Positions 18,222 through 29,097 of a stretch of DNA of 64,000 bases are shown piece by piece. The notes under the pieces were generated by a model that made no database searches, was not told the DNA's origin, and saw only the letters and a list, made by a program, of their open reading frames with translations. Numbering within the stretch: the stretch's first letter is position 1; every line of letters begins with the position of its first letter. Position numbers and translations under genes: made by a program. The stretch comes from Gammaproteobacteria bacterium (GTDB lineage Bacteria; Pseudomonadota; Gammaproteobacteria; Ga0077536): contig CAXXLL010000002.1 of the NCBI GenBank assembly GCA_963662545.2, positions 992,001-1,056,000 on the forward strand. Reading direction: 5' to 3'.

Positions 18222-19370
18222 TCATGCCACCACGCCATTCCCTTTCAGCGCCGCGAACTCGTCCGCGAATCCCCAGTCTCTCAACACCGCCTCGGTGTCG
18301 CTCCCGTGCGCCGACGGCGGTTTCTGGATCTTCCCCGGCGTACGGCTGAAACGCGGCGCGGGCGCGGGCTGCACGACGCCGTCCTCCGTAACAAAGGTCT
18401 GGCGCGCGACATTGTGCGGGTGGCCGGGCGCCTCGCTCAGGGTGAGCACCGGGGCGAAGCAGACGTCCGTACCTTCGAGGACCGCACACCATTCGTCGCG
18501 CGTCTTGGTCTTGATCAGGTCGGCCATCTTGACCGACATGTCTGTCCATTGCGTACGATCCCGGTGTGCGGTGTGGTCCGGGTCTTCGAAGCCAGTGCGT
18601 TCAAGCAGTTCCGCGTAGAACTTCGATTCGATCGAAGCGATCGAAATATAGCGGCCGTCGGCGGTTTCGTAGGCGTCGTAGAAATGCGCGCCGCCGTCGA
18701 GGATGTTGCTCTCGCGATCGTCGGTCCACAGGCCCGCGGCGTGCATGCCGTAGATGGCGGTCATCAATGTCGCCACGCCGTCGGTCATGGCCGCGTCGAC
18801 GACCTGCCCCTGACCCGATTTCTGCGCTTCGAGCAGTGCCGCCACCACGCCCAGCGCAAGCAGCATGCCGCCGCCGCCGAAATCACCGACCAGATTAAGC
18901 GGTGGGGAGGGCGGCTGGTCTTTGCGGCCGATGGGATAGCCCGCGCCGGCCAGCGAAATGTAGTTGATGTCGTGGCCGGCCGCCTTGGCCAGCGGGCCGT
19001 CCTGGCCCCAGCCCGTGACGCGGCCGTACACCAGTTTCGGATTGCGCTTCAAGCAATCGTCGGGTCCGAGACCGAGCCGCTCGGTCACCCCCGCGCGAAA
19101 TCCCTCGATGAGCGCATCCGATGTATCGACCATACGCAGGATCAATTCGACCCCTTCGGGATTTTTGAGATCCACCGCGATCGAACGGCGGCTGCGGTCG
19201 AGCAGGGCGAACCTGGGATCCATCTTTATGCCGAGGCCGGCGTCGACCAGGCGGTCCACGCGCACGACTTCGGCGCCCATGTCCGCCAGCAACATGGCGC
19301 ACATGGGATTGGGGCCGATCCCGGCCAGTTCAATCACTTTATATCCGACTAAGGGTCCGCTTGCGGTCAT
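18222..19370 (-). CDS. CaiB/BaiF family III CoA-transferase / alpha-methylacyl-CoA racemase-like
   Basis: VIELAGIGP, LIEGFR.GVTERLGLGP, GHDINY and NLVGDFGGG motifs. Confidence 0.92.
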   Translation of the reverse strand: MTASGPLVGYKVIELAGIGPNPMCAMLLADMGAEVVRVDRLVDAGLGIKMDPRFALLDRSRRSIAVDLKNPEGVELILRMVDTSDALIEGFRAGVTERLGLGPDDCLKRNPKLVYGRVTGWGQDGPLAKAAGHDINYISLAGAGYPIGRKDQPPSPPLNLVGDFGGGGMLLALGVVAALLEAQKSGQGQVVDAAMTDGVATLMTAIYGMHAAGLWTDDRESNILDGGAHFYDAYETADGRYISIASIESKFYAELLERTGFEDPDHTAHRDRTQWTDMSVKMADLIKTKTRDEWCAVLEGTDVCFAPVLTLSEAPGHPHNVARQTFVTEDGVVQPAPAPRFSRTPGKIQKPPSAHGSDTEAVLRDWGFADEFAALKGNGVVA

Positions 19371-19460
19371 CAACCTGTCCTCTCGAATCTGTTTATAGAT
19401 GGTTACGGGAATGGCGGAATTAGAGCACAAACGCTATCCGGCAAAATGATGGCGTGATTA

Positions 19461-19525
19461 TTCGCCCGCAAGCGGGCTCCGACGGCATGGAACGAACGCT
19501 CCGTAGGAGCCCGCTTGCGGGCGAA
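19461..19525. repeat. Inverted REP doublet
   Basis: Reverse copy 19461-19483 (one mismatch) and forward copy 19503-19525 of the REP at 13027. Confidence 0.75.
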
Positions 19526-19539
19526 TCGACAAGCGCGCG

Positions 19540-22500
19540 TCAGGGCGGACCGAAACCGCCGCCGCCCGGTGTTTCAATCACGACCACGTCACCCGCGTTA
19601 ACCTCAGCACGGGCATTACCCGGTAATTCCTCGATGACGCCTGAGACGCGCTCGATCCAGTTTCGGCCGGTAGCGCCTGGGTCGCCGCCCGCCATGCCGT
19701 ACGGCGGTACGCGGCGATGGCCGGACAGGATTGAAACGGTCATGGGTTCGAGGAACCTTATCGCGCGGTGCACGCCGTTGCCGCCGGTATAGGTCCCGTT
19801 GCCGCCGCTGCGCTGACGGATCGAGAAGTTTTCCAGACGAACCGGAAAGCGCCATTCCAGCACTTCGGGATCGGTCAGGCGCGTGTTGGTCATGTGCGTG
19901 TGGATCGCGTCCGCGCCGTCGAAATCGGGTCCGGCCCCGGCGCCGCCGCAGATCGTTTCGTAATACTGGTGGGTGTCATTGCCGAAGGTGAAGTTGTTCA
20001 TCGTGCCCTGCGCCGCCGCCATGACGCCGAGTGCGCCGTAAAGACAATCGGTAATGCACTGCGAGGTCTCGACGTTACCGGCTACCACGGCGCCGGGCGG
20101 CCGCGGATTCAGCATGCTGCCCGCTGGGACGATCAGGCGCACCGGTTTCAGGCAGCCGTCATTCAGCGGGATATCCTCGTCGATGAGGCTGCGCAGGACG
20201 TAGATGACAGCCGCCCGGCAGACGGCCGCCGGGGCGTTGAAGTTGTTGTCCGTCTGTAGCGAGGTCCCGGTGAAATCGATCTGGGCCTGGCGTTTCTCAC
20301 GATCGATGTCGATTTTAACGCAAACCGTGTTGCCGTCGTCCATGGCGTATTCGAATCTGCCGGAGTGCAGCTTGCCGAGCAGGCGGCGCACGCAGGCCTC
20401 GGCGTTATCCTGCACGTGGTGCATGTAGGCATGCACCACCTTGAGGCCGAAGTGGGCGACCATGGCGCGGAGTTCGTGCACGCCTTTTTCGTTAGCCGCG
20501 ATCTGTGCCTTGATGTCGGCCACGTTTTGATCGGGATTGCGCGCCGGATAGGTCCCGCCGCCCAGGAGTTCGTACAGTGCACGTTCACGGAAGATGCTCG
20601 CTTCGACTATGAGGAAGTTGTCGATCAGCACGCCTTCATCGTCAAGAGTGCGGCTGTCCGGCGGCATCGATCCGGGCGTGATACCGCCAATGTCCGCCTG
20701 GTGCCCGCGCGAGGCGACGAAGAAGAGGATGTCGTGTTCCTGCTCGGTGCCGTGCTCGCCGAAGACGGGTGTGATCACGGTTACGTCCGGCAGGTGCGTA
20801 CCACCGTGGTAGGGATCGTTCAGCATGTAGACGTCGCCGGCTTGCATGGTGCCGAGGCGCGCCTGCCTGACGTAGCGAACGCTTTCACCCATCGAGCCCA
20901 GGTGCACGGGAATGTGCGGTGCATTCGCGATCAGCTCACCGGCGGCATCGAAAATCGCGCACGAGAAATCGAGGCGCTCCTTGATGTTCACGGAATATGC
21001 CGTGTTCTGCAATGCGGCCCCCATCTGCTCCGCGATCGACATGAAGAGGTTGTTGAACACCTCGAGCATGATCGGATCGGCGTCAGTGCCGAGGCTGGTC
21101 TCGCGTGCTAGCGGCTTGATCCGCTCGATGACCATGGTGGCGCCGTGCCCCACTGTGCAGGCCCAGCCGGGTTCCACCACCGTGGTGCTCGTGGGTTCGA
21201 TGATGACCGCAGGACCGATGACCAAGGTGCCGGGGGACAGGGCGTCCCGATCGAAAAACGGCGTATCGTGAAAGCGCCCGCCCGTGAAGACGGGCTTGAC
21301 CAGCATCGGTTCGGGCGAACGCAAGAGGGTTGCATCGCCGTCCACGATCGATACCTTTTCGAGCACTTCCTGTGTGGCCCCGACGGCTTCAACCGCGACC
21401 GCTTCGACCATCAGGTTCTTATCCGGCAGGACGAAGCCGTACTGGGCGCGGTGCGCTACCTCGAAGCGCGACCGAAGAGCCTTCGCGTCGCCGAACGCGA
21501 CGACAATTGCAGTGTCCGAACCACCATAACGGACGTGCACTTTGTGCTGTATCGACATCTGCTCAGCGATGAATCCCTGGGTGGTCAATTCGGCCAGCGC
21601 TTCGCGTTCTAGTTCTTGAAGCGCTGCTTCCAGGCGCGGGATCAGCGGTGCATCCAGTTCCGCTTCGACCGCACGTTCGCGCAGCGCGCGTATGTCCGCG
21701 AGCCCCATCCCGTAAGCGGACAGCACGCCCGCGAATGGATGCAGAAAGATGCGCGTCATGCCGAGTGCATCGGCGACGTGACAAGCATGCTGTCCACCGG
21801 CGCCGCCGAAACAATTGAGGGTGTATCCGGTGACGTCGTAACCGCGCTGTACCGAGATTTCCTTGATGGCGTTCGCCATATTTTCGACGGCGATGCGCAA
21901 GAAACCCTCGGCGATCGCCTCCGCGCTCTGATCGCTGCCGGTCGCCGCGTTGATCTCTTGAGCGAATCGCTTGAATTCGACACCTACGATGCCTACGTCG
22001 AGGGGTTTATTGGCGTCCGGGCCGAACTGCGACGGAAAAAAGCGCGGGTCGAGCTTGCCGAGCATCACATTGCAGTCGGTCAAGGCGAGCGGACCGCCGC
22101 GGCGGTAGCAGGCGGGACCGGGATTTGCGCCCGCGGAGTCCGGACCGACCCGCAGGCGCAAGCCGTCGAAATGCAGGATGGAGCCGCCGCCGGCGGCGAC
22201 GGTGTGGATGCGCATCATCGGAACCTGCATGCGTACCCCCGCGACCTTGGTATCAAAGGCCCGTTCGAAAGTGCCGGCGTAATGCGAAACGTCGGTCGAG
22301 GTACCGCCCATGTCGAAGCTGATGATCTTGTCGAAACCGGCCTGTTCGCCGGTGCGTACCGCCCCGATGATGCCGCCCGCGGGACCGGACAGGATGCTGT
22401 CCTTGCCCTGGAACAGGCGCGCATCGGTGAGTCCGCCGTTCGACTGCATGAACATCAGGCGCACCCCGTCGAGTTCGCTCGCCACCCGGTCGACGTAACG

Positions 22501-23193
22501 TTTCAGGATAGGCGTCAAGTAGGCGTCGACGACCGTGGTGTCGCCGCGGCTGACGAACTTCATCAAGGGGCTGACTTCGTGTGAAACTGAGATCTGCGTG
22601 AATCCGATGCCGCGGGCTATCTCGGCCAGACGTGCTTCGTGATCGTGATAGCGATAGCCGTGGAGCAAGACGATCGCAATCGATCGAATGCCACCGGCGT
22701 AGGCCTCGAGCAAAGCGGTGCGCGCCTGCCCTTGATCGAGCGGAGCCAGCACCTCGCCGTCCGCGCCGACCCGCTCAGTGATCTCGACGACGCGCTCGTA
22801 GAGCATTTCCGGCAGCACGATCTGCCGCGCGAAGAGGTCGGGCCGATTCTGGTAGCCAATGCGCAAGGCGTCCCGAAAACCGTGCGTGACGGCAAGCACC
22901 GTTCGTTCGCCCTGGCGCTCGAGCAACGCATTCGTTGCGACTGTCGTGCCCATCTTGACGGCTTCGATCGAGGCGCCCGGTATGGCCGCGTCCGGCGCGA
23001 TGCCGAGCAGATCACGAATGCCCTGGAGCGCCGCATCATCGTACTGATCGGGGTTTTCGGACAGCAGTTTGTAGGTCACGAGAATACCGTCGGGGCGCCG
23101 GGCGACGACATCGGTGAACGTGCCGCCGCGATCGATCCAGAATTGCCACCCGCGTGGTTCCCGCTGCTTTTCGGGTTCGAGTTGTACGTTCAT
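19540..23193 (-). CDS. 5-oxoprolinase-type fused hydantoinase A/B protein
   Basis: 1217 aa; [46 protein letters not shown] and ETPGGGGFG motifs. Confidence 0.93.
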   Translation of the reverse strand: MNVQLEPEKQREPRGWQFWIDRGGTFTDVVARRPDGILVTYKLLSENPDQYDDAALQGIRDLLGIAPDAAIPGASIEAVKMGTTVATNALLERQGERTVLAVTHGFRDALRIGYQNRPDLFARQIVLPEMLYERVVEITERVGADGEVLAPLDQGQARTALLEAYAGGIRSIAIVLLHGYRYHDHEARLAEIARGIGFTQISVSHEVSPLMKFVSRGDTTVVDAYLTPILKRYVDRVASELDGVRLMFMQSNGGLTDARLFQGKDSILSGPAGGIIGAVRTGEQAGFDKIISFDMGGTSTDVSHYAGTFERAFDTKVAGVRMQVPMMRIHTVAAGGGSILHFDGLRLRVGPDSAGANPGPACYRRGGPLALTDCNVMLGKLDPRFFPSQFGPDANKPLDVGIVGVEFKRFAQEINAATGSDQSAEAIAEGFLRIAVENMANAIKEISVQRGYDVTGYTLNCFGGAGGQHACHVADALGMTRIFLHPFAGVLSAYGMGLADIRALRERAVEAELDAPLIPRLEAALQELEREALAELTTQGFIAEQMSIQHKVHVRYGGSDTAIVVAFGDAKALRSRFEVAHRAQYGFVLPDKNLMVEAVAVEAVGATQEVLEKVSIVDGDATLLRSPEPMLVKPVFTGGRFHDTPFFDRDALSPGTLVIGPAVIIEPTSTTVVEPGWACTVGHGATMVIERIKPLARETSLGTDADPIMLEVFNNLFMSIAEQMGAALQNTAYSVNIKERLDFSCAIFDAAGELIANAPHIPVHLGSMGESVRYVRQARLGTMQAGDVYMLNDPYHGGTHLPDVTVITPVFGEHGTEQEHDILFFVASRGHQADIGGITPGSMPPDSRTLDDEGVLIDNFLIVEASIFRERALYELLGGGTYPARNPDQNVADIKAQIAANEKGVHELRAMVAHFGLKVVHAYMHHVQDNAEACVRRLLGKLHSGRFEYAMDDGNTVCVKIDIDREKRQAQIDFTGTSLQTDNNFNAPAAVCRAAVIYVLRSLIDEDIPLNDGCLKPVRLIVPAGSMLNPRPPGAVVAGNVETSQCITDCLYGALGVMAAAQGTMNNFTFGNDTHQYYETICGGAGAGPDFDGADAIHTHMTNTRLTDPEVLEWRFPVRLENFSIRQRSGGNGTYTGGNGVHRAIRFLEPMTVSILSGHRRVPPYGMAGGDPGATGRNWIERVSGVIEELPGNARAEVNAGDVVVIETPGGGGFGPP

Positions 23194-23368
23194 CGCGTTG
23201 TTCTATTCGGGTGGTCTCCACCCTCGAGGAATTCCAATCCTCGGGTTTCAGTGCCCAAAAACTTATCATGGCCGGATGGACAAAAGAACGATGGCATCTG
23301 AATCGTGATCCGGCGGTATACTCGCGGTTCCAATTCAAACGCCCAATTAATCTCCAAAGGGAGGCATT

Positions 23369-23662
23369 ATGACTTGTGTTGTATTACTCGAACTCGAGGT
23401 AAAAGAAGAAGCGGTCGAAGGATTAATGGCGGGTCTCAAGGACATTTTTCCAGACACCCGGGCTTACGAGGGGTGCATTGATGTCTACGCATCCCAGGAT
23501 CAAGACAAACCCACCACGATCGTCATGGTCGAAAGATGGGAGAGCCGTGCGCACTATGAGAAGTACTTCGCCTGGCGCACCGATCGCGGCGACATCGAAA
23601 ACATGTCGCAGGCGCTCTCGGGGCCGCCGAGCATCCGGTATTTTGATCCGATCGGCGCCTGA
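23369..23662 (+). CDS. Antibiotic biosynthesis monooxygenase (ABM) family protein
   Basis: 97 aa; DTRAYEGC and VERWESRAHYEKY.AWR motifs; SD GGAGG. Confidence 0.85.
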   Translation: MTCVVLLELEVKEEAVEGLMAGLKDIFPDTRAYEGCIDVYASQDQDKPTTIVMVERWESRAHYEKYFAWRTDRGDIENMSQALSGPPSIRYFDPIGA

Positions 23663-23774
23663 TCCGCGATGTAACTGCCGGCGGGTGATTGATCATCCGC
23701 CGGTAGGTTTCGCCTCCAGGATCCTGCTTGCCATTTTTTGACTGGCCCGCAGGGCGGGCCTTGTCGCGACGAGG

Positions 23775-24251
23775 CTAGTCGCCGCCCGATGTCAGCACGC
23801 TTTTAGCCGCCATCGCTAGCAAAACGACGACCAGAACTACACTCGGCAAACCTGGTAGGAAGCCGATGATGCCGATGATGTCCGACTCGCCGAGCGGGCT
23901 GTCGCCCAGGGTGAGTGCTCGATTTCCCGATGCATTCCCAAGCCAGTAGAAAACAGTGAAGGACCAGGCAATGTATATAAACCCGTAGGCCGTGACACGC
24001 TGCATCAGGGGACTTAGACGCAGCGCCGGCATGGCTAAGGCAATAACGATTACCAATATGCCGTTTAAAGCGCCGCCGGTATGGGCTCTGACCCAACCTT
24101 CGCTCGTCCCGTATATCGAGAGAGGCACGATTTTTCCCGGCCAGATCTCGATTCCGCCAATCAGTAAAAACATCAACATGAAGCCGGCAAACATCGAAGC
24201 CAGGACGACCAGCAGTCCGTTTCCGATCATGATTCGTTGCAGTCGTTCCAT
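23775..24251 (-). CDS. styC: Styrene-oxide isomerase (StyC)-like membrane heme protein
   Basis: GG.EI.PG, EGW.RAH.G.ALNG, FY...N...NR.LT.G....G..DI motifs colinear with Pseudomonas StyC as recalled. Confidence 0.8.
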   Translation of the reverse strand: MERLQRIMIGNGLLVVLASMFAGFMLMFLLIGGIEIWPGKIVPLSIYGTSEGWVRAHTGGALNGILVIVIALAMPALRLSPLMQRVTAYGFIYIAWSFTVFYWLGNASGNRALTLGDSPLGESDIIGIIGFLPGLPSVVLVVVLLAMAAKSVLTSGGD

Positions 24252-24284
24252 GGTATTTCTCTCTATTTGGCGATCGTTTTCCGC

Positions 24285-25229
24285 TTAATCAGCTTGCAGG
24301 CCAGTAAATGGCACCGGTATGTCCGGATGATCTGTGTCGACGAGAGGAAGCAGGGCATCCGACGGCAAGGCCGCATGGCCGGCGATCCAGTCTTTCATCC
24401 ACTGCGGGTCGTCTTCGCATCGCGGGTTATGCCATGGCAGCAGTGCGCGCAGCAAATACGGACCGACGTTGCGAACAACTGCGAAAATTTCGCGAATAAT
24501 TCCGGCGATACACTTAGGATGGTAGAGCTTACCGTCTTTCTTCAGGGCGGTAAGCATACCGATCACCCCAAACCCGACGACGTGGAAAGACCCGTGAAAG
24601 ACGCCTATGGCTCGCGGAAGGTATTGGCCGGAATAAGCCATGTAGGCGTCGAACGCGACCGTTTTGTGTTCGGTCTCTTCCACCATGTGCATGAGCCAGA
24701 ATGAAGATACGTACGGAGACGCACCCGTGAACAGTTGCCTTCTCTTATTGATGAGCCAATGGGTGAAGCCGTTGGTCATGGACTCGAATCCGGCGCTATA
24801 CGCAAGCCGTGTGCGCAAGCTTTTCTTTGACAATCTGTCATACGACGCCGCCAGGCGAGCTTCCACCCCAGCGAGCTCGGGATAGCCGTTAGCCTTCAAT
24901 AGCTCGTTCAAGCGCCTATGGCATTGATAATGGCGCGCTTCCTGGCCATTAAAGCCGCGCATGTCTTCCAGTATCTCGGGCTCGCTGATAAATGCGCTCG
25001 CCTCTTGATTTGTTTTTATGAGATAGGGCTCCAGATACGGCATGGTCAGAGACAAGCCGTTAAACAAGTGAGAGCGGGCGTTATTGCCAGGAACCCATAG
25101 GGCCGGGTCCAGGTCGTCCGGGAACTCGAAAGCGAATGGCCGCACGATGATCTCGTCGACCTCCTTCGGTTCGTAGTGATATTTTCGACGGCTCGTGCGC
25201 CGCGTCTGGTCGTCCTTCATCGCCATCAT
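24285..25229 (-). CDS. Ferritin-like diiron protein (predicted metal-dependent hydrolase family)
   Basis: P..E, F.GQEARH, FE..T and H..EETEHK.VAFD motifs. Confidence 0.82.
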   Translation of the reverse strand: MMAMKDDQTRRTSRRKYHYEPKEVDEIIVRPFAFEFPDDLDPALWVPGNNARSHLFNGLSLTMPYLEPYLIKTNQEASAFISEPEILEDMRGFNGQEARHYQCHRRLNELLKANGYPELAGVEARLAASYDRLSKKSLRTRLAYSAGFESMTNGFTHWLINKRRQLFTGASPYVSSFWLMHMVEETEHKTVAFDAYMAYSGQYLPRAIGVFHGSFHVVGFGVIGMLTALKKDGKLYHPKCIAGIIREIFAVVRNVGPYLLRALLPWHNPRCEDDPQWMKDWIAGHAALPSDALLPLVDTDHPDIPVPFTGLQAD

Positions 25230-25543
25230 GCTGCTACCCCCGTTCAGGAGCATGAACTCATTAAATCACAGACGCCATGGGCGCGCGCCTATCGGCGCGC
25301 ACAGCGGACGTCTTCCAAAGCTTGCTATCGCCGAGGCCTGTACCAGTCGCGTTAAAGCCTCCACCGTGCGATTCGTCCGATTTGGAATAGTGTTTGTACC
25401 CGGCTCTATATTCAAAAACGCAATATATTTATTTCCTTTTATTACTTCGGGATGTGTCCGTCATCCCCTAACATCGCCACGCATGTACAGGAGGCATGTG
25501 GGAATGGACCGGACTTTTGCAACATTTGGCCTTTGCGGCAGTC

Positions 25544-26761
25544 ATGTATACATACGATTCAATTGATCAAGGTTTCGTTGACGAGCGGGTCGCGCAATTC
25601 AGGGACCAAACCCGCCGATTTCTCGCCGGAGAACTAGGCGAAGACGAATACCGGCCACTGCGCCTGCGTAATGGCCTTTATATCCAGCGTCACGCGCCGA
25701 TGCTGCGCGTCGCGATTCCTTATGGAATGCTTTCTTCCAGGCAGTTGCGCAAACTCGCCACTATCGCCAGAACCTACGATCGCGGGTACGGACATTTCAC
25801 CACCCGCCAAAACATTCAATATAACTGGCCTCGCCTGGAAGACGTGCCCGACATTCTGGCTGACCTGGCTGACGTGCAAATGCATGCCATCCAAACGAGT
25901 GGCAATTGCGTACGCAACATCACTACGGATCATTTTGCGGGTATCGCGCCCGATGAAATCGTGAATCCGCTGGTATGGGCCGAACTCATCCGGCAGTGGT
26001 CGACTCTGCACCCGGAATTCGGTTTTCTGCCGCGTAAGTTCAAGATCGCCATCAGCGGCGCAGAGAACGATCGCGCGGCGATCAAGCTCCACGATATCGG
26101 CTTGCAGGCCGTCAAAGATGCCGGCGGCGAAGTGGGGTTTCGTGTTTACGTCGGCGGTGGTATGGGGCGCACGCCGATCATCGGGCAGGTGATCCGTGAA
26201 TTTTTGCACTGGCGCGACTTGCTGACCTACCTCGACGCGATCCTGCGGGTCTATAACCGCCACGGCCGGCGCGACAACATCTATAAGGCCCGCATCAAAA
26301 TACTCGTCAAACAGCTGACGCCCGCGCGATTTACCGACGAGGTAGAGCACGAGTGGGCATATCTGAAGGGACGCGACGGCACCTTGATCGAAGAGGAAGT
26401 CCGGCGTGCAACCGAGCAGTTCACGCAGCCGGCCTACGAAGATCTCGCGGACACCGACGACGAATTCGAGGCAACATTGAAGTCCGAGCGTGGCTTCGCA
26501 CGTTGGACTGAACGCAATGTGTACCCGCACAGAGTTTCCGGCTACGCGGCGGTCACGATATCTCTGAAGAAAACTGGCGTGCCGCCGGGCGACGCCAGCG
26601 CGAACCAGATGGATGCCATCGCCCGTCTTGCGGATTTGTTCAGTTTCGGCGAATTGCGCGTGACGCACGAACAGAACCTGGTGCTTGCGGACGTTCGCAA
26701 GGGCGACCTTCACGAATTGTGGAAGGCGCTGCGCGCACTGGGACTGGCGCGACCGAGGTAG
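25544..26761 (+). pseudogene. cysI: 3'-truncated sulfite/nitrite reductase hemoprotein (CysI-like)
   Basis: MY.YD..DQ, RPLRL.NGLY.Q, HFTTRQN, TSGNCVRN and LPRKFKIA present, but the ORF stops before any of the C-terminal Cys ligands of the [4Fe-4S]/siroheme centre. Confidence 0.8.
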
Positions 26762-26783
26762 ATGCTCCCGATCCCGCCGCCCT

Positions 26784-26912
26784 GTTATGACCGTAAAGGA
26801 TGAATTTTTGTCGGCACCTTATACCGCGTGGACAGCAATCGGTGTTGACGAGTTGTTTCCCGACCGAGGTCTGGTAGAGATAGAAATGATCGTTCATGCG
26901 CCTGGTGACTGA
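26784..26912 (+). pseudogene. C-terminal fragment of a RidA/YjgF-family gene
   Basis: VKDEF..APYTAWTAIGV.EL....GLVEIE; the N-terminal two-thirds are missing. Confidence 0.65.
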
Positions 26913-26944
26913 CCCCGGCGCGTTGCTGCTTTCCGTCGGGTCTA

Positions 26945-27430
26945 CTAGCGGGCGATCTCCTTGTGAGGCGCCCACTTATCTTTCGGATCCCGCCAGATGG
27001 TGAGGAAATCTCCCTTATCGTGAACCTCGAGGAAGGTGCATCCATCGGCACCAGCCGTCCAGGTATAAATCTGACCTTCGGGCGCAAAGAATCCCATGCC
27101 TTTCGTCAGCGCCTTCTTGTCGTCACCGTAGTGAAGTGAACCCTCGATGATGAAGTCTATCTGGTTACAATCGTGATGATGACGTGGGACGCACGTGCCA
27201 GGCGCGATCGTGTATTGGATCAGGCTGATCGTCGGTAGATTCAAGATCTCTTTCTCGACGATTCGATCGCCGAAGTGTTCGATGCCGTCAAAGGTGATCT
27301 GCCCGGCCGCAACGAGGTCAGCAAAATTCACCGCTGGGAGTTCGTTGATGTCGTAAAAGAAGGCCCTTATACGCTTGGGCTTCTCCTCTGCTTGGGCTCC
27401 GGCGCGTGTCTCAGTTTGAACGTTGGCCAT
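26945..27430 (-). CDS. Cupin domain protein
   Basis: PG..VPRHHHDCNQIDFIIEG.L and G..F.APEG..Y motifs; SD GGAGGT before ATG 27430. Confidence 0.8.
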   Translation of the reverse strand: MANVQTETRAGAQAEEKPKRIRAFFYDINELPAVNFADLVAAGQITFDGIEHFGDRIVEKEILNLPTISLIQYTIAPGTCVPRHHHDCNQIDFIIEGSLHYGDDKKALTKGMGFFAPEGQIYTWTAGADGCTFLEVHDKGDFLTIWRDPKDKWAPHKEIAR

Positions 27431-27720
27431 CCCTACCTCCTGCCTGTGACGAAGGTTCCAAACGAGCCCTTGTAACAAACTCTGCGGGAGCTCGTGAAGG
27501 AGTGTTGCAAGTGCGTGCAAGGCAACTGCATTTTATATCGAAGTGCCATGGAGTATAGGCGAAATAAAGGCACCGAACTAGCGAAATTATAGCCTTCTCC
27601 GACGCCTCGCTACTGCGGCATCATCGCGGGTCTCGCGGTGTTGTTCGTCCGTTTCCCGGTCGAACCGCGGCGACAGGAACAATAGCCCGCATATTGCGTC
27701 AAGGCGTTGCGATGTGCCGG

Positions 27721-27884
27721 CTAGTGTGCTGTCCCGTAATAAACCTTCATAATTCGCTGGTCCTCGCACCACGCTGCGGCGTTGCTCGTCGTTGCCGTAT
27801 TCCCGATACGACGCCTCCTCGCGCCTTGCACCGCGGCACGAGTCCTGCGCGACTTATCGAAGTTTATTACGGGACAGCCAACTA
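27721..27884. repeat. 165-bp CTAG-flanked palindromic element (MITE-like), copy 1
   Basis: Nearly identical to 36227-36391; its right-hand CTAG is split by IS630. Confidence 0.85.
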
Positions 27885-29029
27885 AATAGGTGTTCCAAAA
27901 ACTCGATCAAATAAAAAGAACTCAGGTGACATTCAGAGATCAGAGGTTGTATCGAGCAATCTACGTTCCCGAAAGAGGTCACCTGAGTATGGATAGTTTA
28001 GTGTCATTGACGCGCTCACAGAAACGTCGCTTTAAGCGGTTGATTCAACGCAGCGATAACGGGCGGGTGGTTCGCCGCGCTCAAGTCCTGTTGCAGTTAG
28101 CTTCAGGCGTCTCACCGACGGCCGTGTCACGCAGTTTGTCGGTCGCGCGTTCAACGGTTTATCGATGGGTCACGCAATTCCAGACCGCGGGTGAAGCCTT
28201 TCTCGAGGCGTGCGGCTCGGGCCGGCGGGCGTATACGGTGGATGACACCCTGTTGGAGACGCTCGCCGAGTTAGTTGAGCAGCCGCCCAGTGATTATGGC
28301 TACCTGCGCAGTACGTGGACGAGCGAGATGCTGGCCGAGACGCTGAATTCGTTGCTGTCACGGCCCATTCACGCCTCTACGGTACGTCGCTGGCTAGTTA
28401 ATTTGGGATTCGGCTGGCGTCGTGCTCGTCCGACCTTACATCTGCGCGACCCACGGGCAGCCACGCGCCTGAAAGCCATTCATCGTGCGTTGTCTCGAGC
28501 CCCATCGGGGCATGAAGTGTTTTACGCCGATGAGGTCGATATCGACCTCAATCCCAAAATCGGTTTCCTTTGGTCTACTCAAGGTTGTCAACGTGCCATC
28601 CCCACGCCTGGGCAAAACCGGAAACGCTATCTGGCGGGCGCGCTGCACGCACGAACCGGTCGCGTTGCGTATGTCGAGGGCACACGGAAAAACAGCGACC
28701 TATTCCTTTGCCTGCTCGACCACCTGCGGCAAACTTACCGCGCCGCGCGTCGAATTATCTTGATCGTGGATAACTACATCATCCACAAATGTCGCTTGGC
28801 ACACGTCTGGCTAAAGCACAATCCGAAATTCCGATTGCTGTTCCAGCCGGCCTATCAGCCCTGGGTCAATGACATTGAGAAACTCTGGAAACAGTTGCAC
28901 GACAATGTCACCCGGAATCATCGTTACTCGACCATCGACCGTCTGATGGACGCAGTACGTGCCTTCATGCGTGCGGCAAGTCCATTCCCGGGAAACTGCC
29001 CGAGTGTCGCAAGATTTGGATCACCTATT
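27885..29029 (+). mobile_element. IS630-family insertion sequence
   Basis: IRs AATAGGTGTTCCAAA / TTTGGATCACCTATT with TA duplicated at 27883-27884 and 29030-29031. Confidence 0.9.
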
Positions 29030-29032
29030 TAG
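27989..29032 (+). CDS. IS630-family DDE transposase
   Basis: N-terminal HTH; FYADE, IVDNYIIHK and P.Y.PW.N.IEKLW motifs; stop codon formed by the target TA. Confidence 0.92.
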   Translation: MDSLVSLTRSQKRRFKRLIQRSDNGRVVRRAQVLLQLASGVSPTAVSRSLSVARSTVYRWVTQFQTAGEAFLEACGSGRRAYTVDDTLLETLAELVEQPPSDYGYLRSTWTSEMLAETLNSLLSRPIHASTVRRWLVNLGFGWRRARPTLHLRDPRAATRLKAIHRALSRAPSGHEVFYADEVDIDLNPKIGFLWSTQGCQRAIPTPGQNRKRYLAGALHARTGRVAYVEGTRKNSDLFLCLLDHLRQTYRAARRIILIVDNYIIHKCRLAHVWLKHNPKFRLLFQPAYQPWVNDIEKLWKQLHDNVTRNHRYSTIDRLMDAVRAFMRAASPFPGNCPSVARFGSPI

Positions 29033-29097
29033 TGTGAAGTGGTTTAACCATGGTAATGTGGATCGTTAACTTACCCGCTTCAAGAGATCGTAGGGTC

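Noticed and set aside
27505-27548. sigma-54 promoter upstream of the cupin gene
   Set aside because: TGGCAC and TTGCA are both present but not at GG-N10-GC spacing
27694-27885. Small ORFs inside the 165-bp repeats (also 36191-36421, 50271-50477 and the extension 36298-36411)
   Set aside because: Frames and starts are not conserved between copies; substitutions follow base-pairing rather than codons
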